From the NCBI GenBank assembly GCA_030704615.1, contig CM060732.1, positions 52,700,001 to 52,764,000 on the forward strand: 64,000 bases of DNA, in the 5' to 3' direction. The DNA is from Takakia lepidozioides (taxonomy: Eukaryota > Plantae > Bryophyta). The first letter of the stretch is position 1. Each line of letters begins with the position of its first letter. This document shows, piece after piece, positions 23,433 to 37,091 of the stretch. The translations under genes were made by a program, and so were the position numbers. Under the pieces are notes generated by a model. It was not told where the DNA came from. It ran no database searches and saw nothing but the letters and a program-made list of their open reading frames with translations.

Positions 23433-24019
23433 TTTGGCGACCATACTGGGGAACTGGGTCAAGAACAACCAGATGTGACAGGCATCTGGTGGGATTATGG
23501 TGGATGGAGAATTAAAAAAATTGATGTGAATCAAATTCCTTGTGGAACTGAGAAAGAAAGATTGTCCAAGCAATTCTTTCAGAGGTTCTTGGAATTGCCA
23601 AACGGTTGCAAAGAAAACATTCTTAAGAGAGTGCATGATGCAGATCCAGAGTGGGGTCTGGAGAAAGGAGTGATGAAGATTTATCAAGTGGCCTGTAGAG
23701 GGAGAGCAAGTTGGTTACCAACACTGGTTTATGTGATAGCATTGCTATCCATCAAACGAGTGGAGTTTGAAGGCTAGGAGGAACGGAAAGTGAATGTTTA
23801 CACTCAATGCATGAAGAACTTGTACTGGTAAAGAATTGGATTCCTAAGGATATCTTGTGGATCAAACTTACACCAAGAACAGCTTTTCAGATGTGCTTGC
23901 CCTATAGTTATATGGTAACGGAGACTTCTAGTATAGCCAAGGGTGCATTGAAGCTTGAAAGAAACCCAGGCATATACGAGAGATACTACAGAAGAGAGTT
24001 TTGGTTATTGCCTCATTAA
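23325..24019 (+). pseudogene. Element C extra ORF0 (about 230 aa) upstream of gag
   Basis: ATG in U5, reads through the PBS; one stop and one frameshift; homologous to the AB copy. Confidence 0.7.
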
Positions 24020-24039
24020 AGATATGAAAGACATGGGAC

Positions 24040-27000
24040 ATGAGTGATGAAAAAGAAGCTAGACTTCACAGATATTCAGCAAAAAGAGAAAGTTATTTGA
24101 AAGCTAATTATCCATATCTTTGGGAGAGAGGAATAGACATAGGGGAATCATCTGGACCTCTCACACCATTAAGATCAGAGAGTACATCACCCATACCGGA
24201 AGAACCAGAGTTGGATGCCACTCCTCCTTATTCTTTACAAGAAAGATTAAGGGATTTGGTACAGGAAGAAGATCAGCCACGGGGGAGAGATCTGAGGTAC
24301 ATCCCTAGATAAAAGATTTGACATAAATCTTTGATAAGAGTTGGCATGGGACACCAAAGGCAGGAACTCCAGTTTCTGAATCACAAGATAAAGAAGGAGA
24401 GGAAGATGTGGCAGAGCCAACGGAGAGTTCAGACTCTCCAACACCATTGCAATTGAGTTACATGAGTGAAGAAGAAGAAATCCAAGAGAAGAACTTGGAA
24501 GATGAAAATAGAGAGAAGAATTTGGAAAATGAAGAGTATGAAGAAGTAGACCCAACAGTTGAGGTTGAGACTACAACCAGGACATCCCAACCTGTTGGAC
24601 CTGGATCAAGTGGAGTACTTGGATCTCAGGCCAACGAAGGTGTCGGCTCAGGGGGATCAGGCGGGCAGCTTGGATCTGGCTCTGGGGGGACAGGGAGTGT
24701 GGGAAGTAGTGCAATTGGAGCTGGGAATACTGAGAATACAGTGGGGCCAGTAGCAGGGAGTGCTCAGGGGCCAACACTTGATGGGAGATCCTCCACTACA
24801 ACAGCAGGTCCTCAAGGACAAGCACCAACAGGAGGACCAGCACCTGTCAGTGGGCAGGGTGTAGGGCCACAGATGGCGGTACCTCCAACACGAGCAAAAC
24901 CACCTTTTCCAATATATGCACGGAAAGGGGATCCTGATGTACACATCAGCCAATTTGAGCACATGTGTATTGTGAAGAATGAGAATGGCGATGATGCCAA
25001 GATGAGACTGTTTCCTTGTTCACTTATCAAGAAAGCAAGTGAATGGTATGCAAGATTCCCTGATAATCATTTTCTAACATGGAATGGCCTTAGTACAACA
25101 TTCCGAAATAGATTCAGGACAAGCAAAATTGAGGATGAAGTGTATGGGAGTTTACAACAGTTAAAGCAAAAGAAGCATGAAACTGTTGAAGAGTACATGG
25201 AAAAGATGGAGCTGATGATGAAAAATTGGTTGATGTGCCAGCACCAGGGTTACAGAAGATCTAGTTTGTGAGTGGATTAAGACCTGAATTACAAAAGAAA
25301 GTGGATATGCTACCCCATAATACAGTGGAGGAGGCATTTGAAACAGCCAACAGAATTGAGCAATTGGGAATGCTCAGGAGAGGAAAAAGGGATGATGAGG
25401 ACTCTGAAGATGAGTCAGATGAGGAAGAAGAGCATAAGCTCAAAAGGAAGAGTAAGAAAAAGAAAAAGTTGAAGAGGGAAAACTATGAGAAAAGACTGGA
25501 GGAGATCTTGAAGAAGTATGCCACAGAGGCTGCAACACATTGGAGGAAGGGTGTTTGGTGTGCAAAATGCCAGAATGAAGGTAATACCACAGTTGAATGC
25601 CACATGAAAGAGAAACACTATACTATCTGTAAAATGGATAACCATTCTACTGAGAATTGTTATTACAACAAAAGGACAGCTGTAAGAGAACCTAGGCAAG
25701 TAAGGGTGCATCAAGTGCAGCCCTAGCCAAGAAGAAAAAATGATCAGGACCACTATGGTAGGCCTGGGGGCTATAACAATGATATGGCAGTAAGAGGTAA
25801 TCCAAGAGGGAATTACCAAGGCAATTCCAGAGGCAACTATCAGGGTAATCCAAGGGGGAATTACCAACCAGGGAATCAGGATTATAGAAATAATTCCAGA
25901 GCAGACCAAGGGAGAGGACCTAATGGGGAAGAACTGTGTTACTATTGTAACCAGGCCGGACACCGGAAGGTAGCCTATCCATTCTGGATCAGACACCAAA
26001 GTGAGATGAGAGCTCCTGTGAATGAGGCCCAGTGGTGGCAGCTCACATGGTTAGGCCATGTTTTGTACCAGAAGTAAGTACAATGATAGTGACCAGAAGC
26101 AAAGCTAAACTAATACCTCCAGTGGATGAGGAAGAAGATGATAATGAGGATGGCAGTGATGTGCCTGAAGATGATGAGGCATGGAGAGATGAGAAGGAAC
26201 TACATAAGGAAGTGGCTGATACCATAAGGGAAATGCAGAAGAATATGCAGATTCTTCTGACTCTGATAGAGAAGATGAAGAGGGTGAAGATAAAGTGAAG
26301 AGAGAAGTTGCAAAAGTGCAGGGTAATGAAGGGACTCTGGCTGAAGTAATATGCCAGACCAAAACTGAGATTACCATTGGACAGCTATTGGGTGTGGCAC
26401 CTCATTGTAGGCACAGGCTGTATCAAGCAATTAATCAGATTGCTCATGTGACAGAGAACACAAACCTGGACAGCAAGGTGACAAGTTATAATGTGAAGCC
26501 TGAAGGGCAAGAAACAGTCATGGACTTTGATGATTCTATGCCAGTAATCCAATTGAGAATTGGAAGCACAGACTTGACTGATGTATTGATAGATGGAGGC
26601 TCAGGAGTGAATATTATGACAGACCAATTAAGGCAGAAGCTTGGACTGAGTAACATGAAACCAGCCCCATTTACAGTAACAATGGCAGATCAAAGGAGTG
26701 TACAGCCTTTAGGCTTGATAAGAGGAGTAAAGATACAGATCCAAAAGATGATTTTTAAGATCACAGTGACTATGTTGAAAATGGATGATGTTATGGAAGC
26801 TTACTCCTTATTACTGGGTCGACCATGGCTGAAACAGGCCCGGGTATTCCATGACTGGAATTCCCAGTTACTAATTGTACATGATGGGAAGTACAAGATA
26901 CAGGTCACCACTAAGAGATCTAGTAGGCTACCTGCTATCAGAAGACCTCGTGGAGTCAGTTGATAAGGAGCAAGAAGCTACCCTGTTTGCTGCACACCCA

Positions 27001-28630
27001 GAGTGGGAGCAGGTTGTAGAAATGCAACTGGGAGGCCTGAGCTGTTTTAAAGGTATTTGTTGTGGTGCAGTAACAGCAACACCAATTGAGGGGGAAACAA
27101 GTAGTTACCCACCACATTTCTATGAGGGAAAAGAGGGAGAAATGGAAATCCTAGAAGAACCAGCCACTGTGAGCTTACATGATGAAGTAGTGGCTGGATG
27201 GACAATCAGAGCTGAAGAGCGGGTGATAGACGTGAATGTGGGAACTGAGGAGGAACCAAGAATGGTGAAAGTAGGGGCTGACTTGGAGCCAGAATTCTTT
27301 GAGGAAGCTAAGAGCCTATTTATCAAATACAGATATGTATTTTCTTGGAGTTATGAAGATTTGAAAGGGATACCACCTGAGATTTGCCAGCATAAGATTG
27401 AACTGGAACCAGGGTCGGTACCAAGCAAACAGGCTAGGTACAGAATGAATCCCAACTATCCACAGAAGGCTGGGGAAGAGATCAAGAAGCTGGCTGAGGC
27501 TAAGTTCATATACCCAATAGAGTATACAACTTGGTTGTCACCCATCGTGATAGTTCCCAAGAAGAATGGCAAACTGAGAGTTTTTGTGAACTATAAGAAG
27601 TTGAATGCCTGTACAAAGAAAGATCCCTTTCCCTTACCATTCACAAAAGCTGTACTGGACACTATGGCAGGCCATGAGATGTACTCATTCATGGATGGCT
27701 TCAGTGGGTATAACCAAGTGCAAGTGCGGAAGAAGACCAGGGAAAGACAGCTTTCATCATAGACTGGGGTGCTTATGCATACAAAGTCATGCCTTTTGGA
27801 CTTTGTAATGCACCAGCAACTTTCCAGAAGGTGATAAATGAATCTTTTCACGAGTATCTGGATGATTTCATGCAAGTGTTCTTAGATGACTTCAGTGTGT
27901 ACAGCTCTAAGAATGAGCACTTGCAAAAGTTGGAATTATGTTTGGCCAAATGCAGGATGAGAAGTCTTGGTCTGAATCCGGAAAAGTGTACTTTTTGTGT
28001 GAACTCAGGGGTACTACTGGGACACATTGTGTGTAAAAAGGGACTGCTTGTGGATCCTAGAAAGATAGAGGCCATTAAAGCTTCACGAATCACCACCACC
28101 AAGTAACGTTAAGGGTCTAAGGAGGTTCCTTGGACAAACTACTTATTATAGAAGGTTTGTCAAACGGTATGCACAGATGGCAGCTCCATTGAGTTGAGGA
28201 ACTTACATTGTTAGTAACAACTACACCTGTGCTGATTAACCCTCACTGGCATGTAATATTTCATGTACACTGTGATGCCTCAGGAGAAGCATTGGGAGCT
28301 GTGTTAGCCCAAAATATCACAAGAAACATAGATTCACCTGTGTACTATGCTAGCAGGTTGTTGAACAGTGCTGAAAGGAACTATAGCACCACTGAAAGAG
28401 GAGCATTGGCAATGATTTATGCAGTCAAGAAATTTGGGCATTACCTATTGGGAATGAAGTTTATATTTTATGTGGATCATCAGGCTTTGATTTATATGGT
28501 GAACAAACCTTTGATAAGTGGCACGATAGCAAGATGGTTAATAATCTTGCACGAATTTGAATTCAAAGTTGTTTACAAGCCTGGCCGTTTGCATCTTGTG
28601 GCAGATCACTTGTCACGCCTATCAACAGAC
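24040..28630 (+). pseudogene. Element C gag-PR-RT-RNase H
   Basis: gag core and CCHC knuckles; protease LIDGGSGVNI..LLGRPWL; RT WLSPIVIVPKKNGK, FMDGFSGYNQV, MPFGLCNAP, FLDDF; RH HCDASG..YVDHQAL..ADHLSR; no integrase follows. Confidence 0.92.
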
Positions 28631-29171
28631 CCGGTACAACAGCCAAAACTAATTGTGGGCCCATTAATGCATCCAAGGAGCAGGTAACAGAACCCTTTAT
28701 GTGTACCACAAAGGGGGACCTTTGCCACATGTGTTGTCCTAGTGGGCATTCCAAGTGGAAATGCGAACAGATGGGGGTAAAATTTAGAAATTACCCGAGG
28801 AGGCAACAGCCAATAAGAAACGTGAATTTCATGCAGGTGGTTCCCTCCAAGAAACAAGAACAAGAAATTAGAAAAGTTTTGAGCGGAAGAGTCGGGGTTG
28901 CTCCAAATAACCAGTGTCTCAACGGAAGGGGCAATCAAAGCTATAGCTTTGTAGCTATGGCGGATATTACAGACTATACGTTAGCTTTACTTCTTACGTA
29001 GTGGCGCAAGGACAGACGGGTTGAAAGGACATTCTCTCTCACACACTATCTGCAAGCCCCACAGGCTTACACTCATTTGCCTGTTCCTTTCTGTGCCCAC
29101 CATATCTTTATGCTCTATGCTCTACAAGCTTTCCTACAGCTATTCCAAACAAGGCCTTCTTGTTTGTCTGG

Positions 29172-32100
29172 ATGAAGAGAATTAGGGGAATGGAGGATAT
29201 CAGGATGAAGAGCACCACGATTCTGCAGAAGCAACAAATTGCTACACCGCAAGCAGTGCAGCTGCTGAAGGAGTTGCGATTGAAAGGGCTGCTACGCAAG
29301 GAATGGTCCTTGCATCATCGGAAGTTCATGATTCAATTCATTCAGAACTTTGAGCCTCGGACAGGAGTTACACAGGTGAGGGGAGTAGATATAGAGATTA
29401 CTCCCCAGTACTTGCAGCAACTGTTTGAATTATCATCGGGCCGTGTGGATGTGGATGAGCATAGGGCAAGATTGCAAATAGGGAATTTGTTCCAAGACGC
29501 GAGTTTCTTTAAGACTCAAGGATACACCTGCACCAAGGCTGAGTACCCAGGGTTAAGGGAAGTTGGCCAAATACTGAACGTTCTGTTTGCCGCAGATCAT
29601 TCACGGAAGAGATACTGAAAGTCTTGAGGGGAGAGGATGTGGCTTAGGCGGAGTTGATGTACAATGGTCTGGTGGAAGAGATGAAGTGGTAAGGCACTGC
29701 TGCTAAGTCTCCGATCATTGTGTCTGGCCCAATAATTGCTCAAATTATTCTTGACTCTTGTTTGCTTGATGCGCGTGAACACAAGGAGATGGGAGTGTTT
29801 GAGACAACAACCACTGCAATTGAGGAGCAGGGCTCTTCACATGGTGAAGGAGGATTGGAGGGGCAACACCAGTCCAAGAGGCAGAAGCGGGATACGACCG
29901 TAGTGGCAGATCCACTAGCTACAAGGAAACCACAAGATGATGTTTCCATAGCGCTTGTGTAGGATGAGGAGCAGCAGCACAGGGGGCCGTTACTGCTGGA
30001 AGCACGGCCTTTGGAGAGGGAAGAAGAAGTCACCTCAGTACCACAACCACCACAGCCAGTTGACTCAGTTGTTCCGGGGGTCACTCAGTTAGTGCATGTT
30101 GTTACACCCGAGCCTATTGTTGTGGAAGGAGAAGGGTTGGACATCTCCACTACAGAGCATGTAGTGGCAGAAATTGAGAAAAGTGACCTTCTCTATGAAA
30201 ACTCTGGCTTGGTCAGGGAACCAATAGTACCAAAGATGCAGAGTTTGACCAAGGAAATCCCTGCTGTGCATGTGATGCCCGAACCTGTGGAGGAGGTTCC
30301 AGGGGTAGAATTTAAGGGCACTGCAGCACCTGTGGAGAATGAGGTCGTTCAGGAAAAGGATCTTGTGGGATCATGGCCTGAATGGTTGGTGAAACATCAC
30401 ATTGTGGAGAGTCAGGGGGACCACCAACAAGTTCTTCATGAAGACCCACTACAGGCCATGCTCATGAGTTCCATCAGTAGGACTCTCAACCTGTTGGGCA
30501 CTTATGTGAAATCCCATGTTCCTTCCACGCAATTGGCAGCCTTGAGGGAGGAACTCAAGCAGGAGTTTGAGGCTAGAATTGCCACTGAGTGTGCAAACAA
30601 GGTGGATGTGGAGGCCAACCTCAAGTTGCAGAAAGAGTTGGAGGACACGAAGGCTGCCCTGCAACTTGCAAAGGGGAATCTGATTGAAGCGGGTCTGGAG
30701 CAGGAGAAGTTGCATGAAGGACATAAGCAGCAGTTATACCAGTTGCAAGTGAAGCATGAGGGTAAATTGCAGGTCGTAAAGTTGCTTCATACAGAGTTGG
30801 AGGTTGTTCATCAGAAAATGACTATCCAATGTGCCTCACTAACAACTACTCTGGAGAACACTGCATTAGAACTTAACAAACAAGCAGAGAGATGTATGAT
30901 GGTGGAGGCTGAGACAGTGGAGCAAGGGAAACTCATTGCTGATTTGAAGGCTACTATCCATCACAATGAGGCCAATACCTTCCAACAATACAGTCGGATT
31001 GAGGCTGAGAAGGAAAGTTACATCCTGGAGTTGCAGCAAACACTCACCGGCCGAAAGAATGAACTCTCTGTGGCTAACAAGGCTTGGAAGGAAGCCAATA
31101 ATCTGTTTGCTGCCTATGCCGCTCTGGTTGAACCTGTGGCCTTGGGCTTTTGTGGGATATCTTTTTGTTTGTTTGGAGAGATCCTTCGGTCTTCTCTCAG
31201 GGTGAGGGTGTGCATTCTGCCTCCGGAAATCCAGCTGCAAGTACTGTGCGAACATTCTCAACTCAGTGGTAGTTTTAACCCTCTAGTTCCATCATATGTG
31301 ACACAGATTGCTGTGATATCTCTGGAGCAGTACAAAGCCACAATCTATAAGTGGGAGAGATAGGAATCTGTGAGTGAGAGATAGGGCAAGTCATGTCAAG
31401 ACTAGAAAAGAGGTCTGAGTCAGATTGTTTTTTTCAATAAAAGACATCATCAGCCTTGGAAAAAGCTCCATCACCAAACCCAATAGCAACAAGCTATATG
31501 AACATTAAGTCTTCGAATATACTGGTGTTTTGTTTTGAAACACTCAGGGGGAGATGAATGATCTCAAGTTGCAGGTGCAGAATATTGCCACAACCACGAT
31601 AGACAATGTCTATAATAGAATAGCTGAGTTACAGGATGATGTGGAAGGGCTGCAGACTCAAGTGGATGACTTGAGCTCTAATATTGACAAAAGAGCCTTT
31701 GTTCGTGAGGAACAGCTAGTGGCTGCTTATTTGCATGCCAGGACTCTGATTTTCCAATCTTCATCACATGAGGTGCAGGATTTGCCAACAACAGGAGGGA
31801 CAGTGGTGCCAATGTCACAGCAACCACAACACGTCGACAATGTTGATACCATGGCCCTGCAGCAATCTGAGGTCTGGGGGGATGCTGCTTTTAACCCACC
31901 TAGGACTCCTGCTGCACTTGAGTACAATCGGGCTATGATTATGCCCTTCAACCAAATTCCCATTGTGATGGATTTGGCTTGGAAGGAATTCAGTCCTCCA
32001 GAGTCTTTGGCGCACTATTACCAGATCATGTGCATTTGGTTGCCAGTGGCAACTCGGACTAAGGTTCTTCCGAACAACCGACCCATTGAGGATCATCATT

Positions 32101-32936
32101 TTGCAAGGTACTGGTCTGAGGCAGGCACCATGCTGAAGGAATTAATTGCCTTCCAGGTTGTTCATGGATACATCTACACCAAAACCAAGGACGTATCTAG
32201 TTTGGTCATGGGCTGTGGATTATACTATGCTGCTTGTTTCATTGCACGTTATCACATTGAGCAGCAGAAGATGCAGTCAAGATTTTTGAGTTATTCCACT
32301 GGGGATCATTGGGTCTTATCTTTAGTTCCACCCCATATGTATCTGTATGATGTGAAAGTCATGTTGCAGAAGGATTCCCAACTTCGTTCCTGGTTTAATT
32401 TGGCTTGGACCAACATTACTAAAGAAAAATTGGGCCCTGACGATATTTTTTATAAGGGACATGAAGCCTAGAAATACTTACACTGTTCCAAAGTCATTGG
32501 CACACCTCTCACCTACACGGACAAGGAATTCAGGGAGTACACTCATTTTGCTTGCAAGCGATTAATGCAAGTAGTACAGTTTAAGCTTCCAGACATGGTG
32601 GGCCAACATTGTATGCCACGCAGGATTCCTGAGAAGCCACTTAAGCCGAAAGGCCTCAGGGGGGAAGATGATTCTGATACTACTGGTTCTACGGAGGAAC
32701 CTTTTGACATGGTGGAGGACTATGCACTACAAATGGCAGAGAAGAAACGACGGGGATCTCCTATGCCTGAAAGGTTACCTCGTTATCAACCACAGGAGGG
32801 TCAGACATTTCCATTTGGTGCTCAATCGCCTCCATCAGCCAGTGACAGGGCTCGGACTCGCACACAGAGCCCTCCAAGGGACTCTCACCGACAGAAGGGT
32901 GCTCGTTCACAAAGGTTTGTTGATCCTAAACAGTAA
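29172..32936 (+). pseudogene. Element C accessory ORF-X (interrupted by foreign DNA at 31136-31540)
   Basis: Fragmented ORFs 29160-29618, 29720-29962, 30011-31363, 31554-32471 and 32565-32936; stop about 20 bp before the PPT. Confidence 0.85.
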
Positions 32937-32974
32937 ACCGTGAGGACACGACTTTTTGAGAGGGGGAGGGATAA

Positions 32975-33885
32975 TGTTAGAGGGCTGTCTGGGACTTCAG
33001 TTTTACGGGTTCTGAGGGATACCCTTAATTTTTGCGCAGACTTACGGATGATAGACTTAGACCAACATAGGCCTTAGGGGTGACAAGCACAGGCTTTAGG
33101 GGTGGTAGATAGGCTTACACACTCAGTCACAGCCTTACACAGTCGTACACAACCTATTACAGTCTATCACAGCCTGACACAACTTGTCACAGCCGGACAC
33201 AACCTTATACAGCCTATCACAATCTATCACAGCCCGTCACAGCCCGACACAGCTTGGCACAGCCCGTCACAGCGTACGTAGGGAACGGTTATCATTGGCA
33301 GGGAATGACTGTGTGGGAACGACATATGCAGAGGAACGTGCTTACTTTTTGGGTGACAGTTAGTTAGTCAGACGGTTAGAACAGCTTGCAGATAAATTAA
33401 GCAGAGCAGGACATGGAGAACACTTCTTGGAGGACACTTCTGGAGATCAAGACTTAGCCATCGGGAAGGAGAGATGGATAAGACACGAACTGAGGATGCT
33501 TGATTCATGCAAGCTGTAGTGATATACCGTAGAGCAGGCTAGGGACACCATGGCTTCGGCCTGATACATGATAAATCTTAAGCTGATACTTATTCGATAC
33601 AATCACACTGTGTAGAGAGACTTGAGTGAAGATGTGGAATGAATGGATGAGTGAATGGAACCTGATAGATACTGAAGCAATCTGATGCTTAAGTATACAC
33701 AGTAAGGTAATTTGCTAACATGAAGGCAAGAAGAAATACAAACAGAAAGTACAACCACGATACACTAACTGTAGGTCATGACTGATTGTTCTGAGCGGGC
33801 TGAGTGCTTAGAGATATCCAACTCTTCTATCTTGGAGTTTCCACCTCGGAAGGCGAAGGGATGGGTGAGTAAAAACCGCTCGACA
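32975..33885 (+). repeat. 3' LTR of C (911 bp)
   Basis: Preceded by PPT GAGAGGGGGAGGGATAA, followed by TSD GTTGC. Confidence 0.95.
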
Positions 33886-35589
33886 GTTGCCAACGATGTT
33901 GGTGGGCTTGCATAGCAACAAATTGAGTGGCTACAGACTCACTAAGACTGCCTACTGTGTTGGCCAATCCTTGAAGAGTGAAGTCATCCGTCTTACAATG
34001 CATTGCAGGAGGAATATAAGGCACAGATGTTGCAGCCATGCCAAGCTTGGAGCCCATTGGAGCTTGAAACTTAGCATGATGTTGCGTTGATTTGCTATCA
34101 GCCAAGTTTGCCATCCTGAGGTTAATTTCTGCTAACATGGTTTTGTCATTGATAAATGACGACGTTGAGCCCAGTTTTGAATAGCAGGGGGTAAGCCAAG
34201 GAGAAAATACCTTTTGACCATGCGATCTCTCTCTGCTGGGTCAATGATGTTCTCAACAACAACAAACTTGATGTCCATGTAAAATTGCCACAGGGATTCT
34301 CCAGGGTGGTAAGTCCTGGAAGAGAGCTTAGCAAAGCAGTCTAGAGGTCTTTCAGGAGGCTTGAACAAGGTCTTAGCCCATTCTATAAGGGTCGCCCAAT
34401 TGAGGCTGTGATCATCCATGACTGCTGCATGCAGCAAGTCTTGGGCTGGTCCCTTCATGCTCATCCTAAAGATGGCCATCTTGAAGTTCTCAAGCACTCC
34501 ATTCACGCTAGCAATGACTTCAAATATTTGAGGGTACCTATCAAAGTCTTCCCCCATAGTATACTCTGGATAGGGTTGAGTGGTGAGTTGAGGGATCAGA
34601 TGACAAGGCAGACTGTGGTATATGTGCCCAGGAAGAACAGAGGCATAAGCAGCATAGCAGGGAACAGTGGCCTGAGTAGGAACAGAAGAGGTGTTGGCAG
34701 CATGTATAGAATTAACAGCAAATGCAGCACTTTGATTAACCCCACTAATGGCTGGTCCCATACTAGAGGATGACAGACTTGCATGTGGTGCCCACATGCC
34801 CATGGGAAGGGCGTGTGATACCACATTTGACTGAGCAGCTGGGTAGACTGACCGTAGGTGGGGCTATGGCACACCACTCATGGGAGGAGTGGACGTCACT
34901 CCCACCATAGGAGCAGTTCTAGAGCTTAAATTGCTAGCATAAACAGGGACTGTATTGACATTGCTAGCATGTGTACCCATAACCTGATTAGCTGTAATCC
35001 GTGGTAATCCCCCCATCTGTTGAGCAGGAAGAATTCCCACCCGACTTGCATGACCAACAGACGAGGTGAAGGGCACTGATGCTACTGCCCCCCCATCCAC
35101 AACAAGACCGGAGACATTCAACAAAGGTACAGCACTCGGATGCAAACTTGAATTCAAAGAGCTAGTCCCTCTCCCGAGAATGGGATTAGGGAGGCTAATC
35201 ACAGGCACATGCATCAAACTCGTTACTAGGGCCGGCATACTGCTCATAGTAGCCCAGACATCCGAACCAGATCCACCTACCCCCTGAACATGAATAGGAT
35301 GGGAGGGCGGACCGTTTAATTCCCGAGCCAGCGTAGGCTCGGTTCGTCCAGCCACCAAGGCCTCATCACTCCGATCATAAACAGAAAGGCCCTTGAGGTT
35401 GGTTATCTCAGACCCCTCATCAACCAATGTCATACCAGTTGGGGACTCTACAACTGTTCCCATCGTCCCAATCGTCCCAGCATTCAAAAATTCATCATCA
35501 CTCACCATGAAATTATCTGCCTGCAGGTTGTCCAATCCCTCATTCATTTCTACCACACTTTCAACCAGCGGCTCTCCTGAATTATTCAT
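33886..35589 (-). pseudogene. Element D gag (N-terminal and capsid-like part)
   Basis: PYPEYTMGEDFDRY..FEVIASVNG..MKGPAQDLL..YHPGESLWQF..YFLLGLPPAIQ; after removing C the frame continues at 22518-22478. Confidence 0.75.
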
Positions 35590-35673
35590 GGACCTCTATC
35601 TTCCGGATCTCAACCAAGTCGTTCTAGAATCACCTAGCATGCAAGAAACGAAGTTGGATTGGAAGCATAACCT

Positions 35674-37091
35674 TTAAGCAGCAGGGATATGGAGAGTGGG
35701 CCGAGCACTTGGCGAGCTGTCCTCTGGAACCCAAATGGAACAATATACCACCCTCAGTACCTTGTGTGATTGCAACTCATAGACCCCCAACGCCAGCCAC
35801 TCCCAACCGTCAGCTCCCTTAAGCCAAAAACCAACGCGGGTTGTGTCACCCTCTTTCCATGTGCGTGAAAGCACAGCCGAGTTTGAATAGTCACTCAATC
35901 TCTCAAATCACTCGCTGTGAAGCAAAGGTAGTACCCACACCTAAGACTACTAGATCAGACGACTGCACTTTTAAGGCCCCACCCTTCAGACCATCAACCA
36001 ACTGTGAATAAGTAGGTGCCAAGGCGCAGGGCCGGAGCTGAAACCGTAGTGCCCTCAAAATCAAAGCCCCCGTGCCTTGTAACATTAACGACAACCTTCG
36101 CCCTACACACCAGGGCCATGATGAAGCTCCGCACTTCGAACACCAGAAAGAGGTAAATACAAGCCAACTTCTAACCAGGTCAATTCACGATGGTGCAGAA
36201 AACGCGACTTGATCGTTCTGGACGGTAGACGTTCTGGACACTACCGCAACAGGTTCAAGCAAAGGTCGCGTGAACAGGGCCTCGTGATGGCTGGTTAATG
36301 CAGCAAGATCACCCACGACAGCTCTTTCTACACGCTCAAACCAAAGCTGATCCTCGTCACATATCTCACACAACAAATCATCTACTTCCTGCGACAACTC
36401 GATATCTCTCTAACTCTGCTGCTTGCTGCCTACTCTCGAAATATTCAGGGCCCGGATCAACAAAGTTGTCAAAATTATAGTATTCCGAGTCACAACTTTC
36501 TAGAGAACTGTCAGATTTCTCAAACCTTGGCGACCACACCTCTGCCTCATCTAAATTGTTATAATCACTACCACCAGGAGAACCCAATGAAACAACAAGG
36601 GCTGGAACGTAAGCAACAGGCTTAGGAAGTGGCAAGGCTGGCAAGGCAACACTGCCAGGGCGCGCACCGTTGGTAGTGTTAGCAACAGCAAGAATGTCAG
36701 CAGGGTAAGAAACGACAAGGTTGGCTTCAACAACGGGAAGAGCAGCAATAACAACACCAGTAGAATGGGAAGCGGCAGCAGGGTCAGTCTCCACACTAGG
36801 ATTAGCTTCAACAATAAGCGCCACACTAATATGAAGAAATAGGCTCTCCCCCTCTCTGCGAGCTACACAAGACAAGTCACGAACGGCAGTACAGCAGGAG
36901 AAAATATGGCAAGGCGAGGAGCCGCCATTGATAACACGCATTAGCGAACCACTTAGGCAGCAGGATATAGAGCAGATCTCGCGAAAAAGACCTAACTGAT
37001 CCTGACAGTGCGGGCAAGATCCACCAACGCCTATAGTACCCGGCGTCTCCACCATAAAACAAGCTTGAAGCATATACGTCTTTCCTCTCAA
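35674..37091 (-). pseudogene. Element D upstream extra ORF, unknown function
   Basis: Chain of same-strand ORFs 36378-37091, 36185-36397, 35903-36094 and 35674-35898 between a TATA box (TATAAAGA, about 37269-37262) and gag. Confidence 0.45.

Larger units (their letters stand above)
22519..33885 (+). mobile_element. LTR retrotransposon C (non-chromovirus Ty3/gypsy; both LTRs present, integrase deleted)
   Basis: LTRs 22519-23432 and 32975-33885; TSD GTTGC (22514-22518 and 33886-33890); PBS 23435-23452; PPT 32958-32974. Confidence 0.95.
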
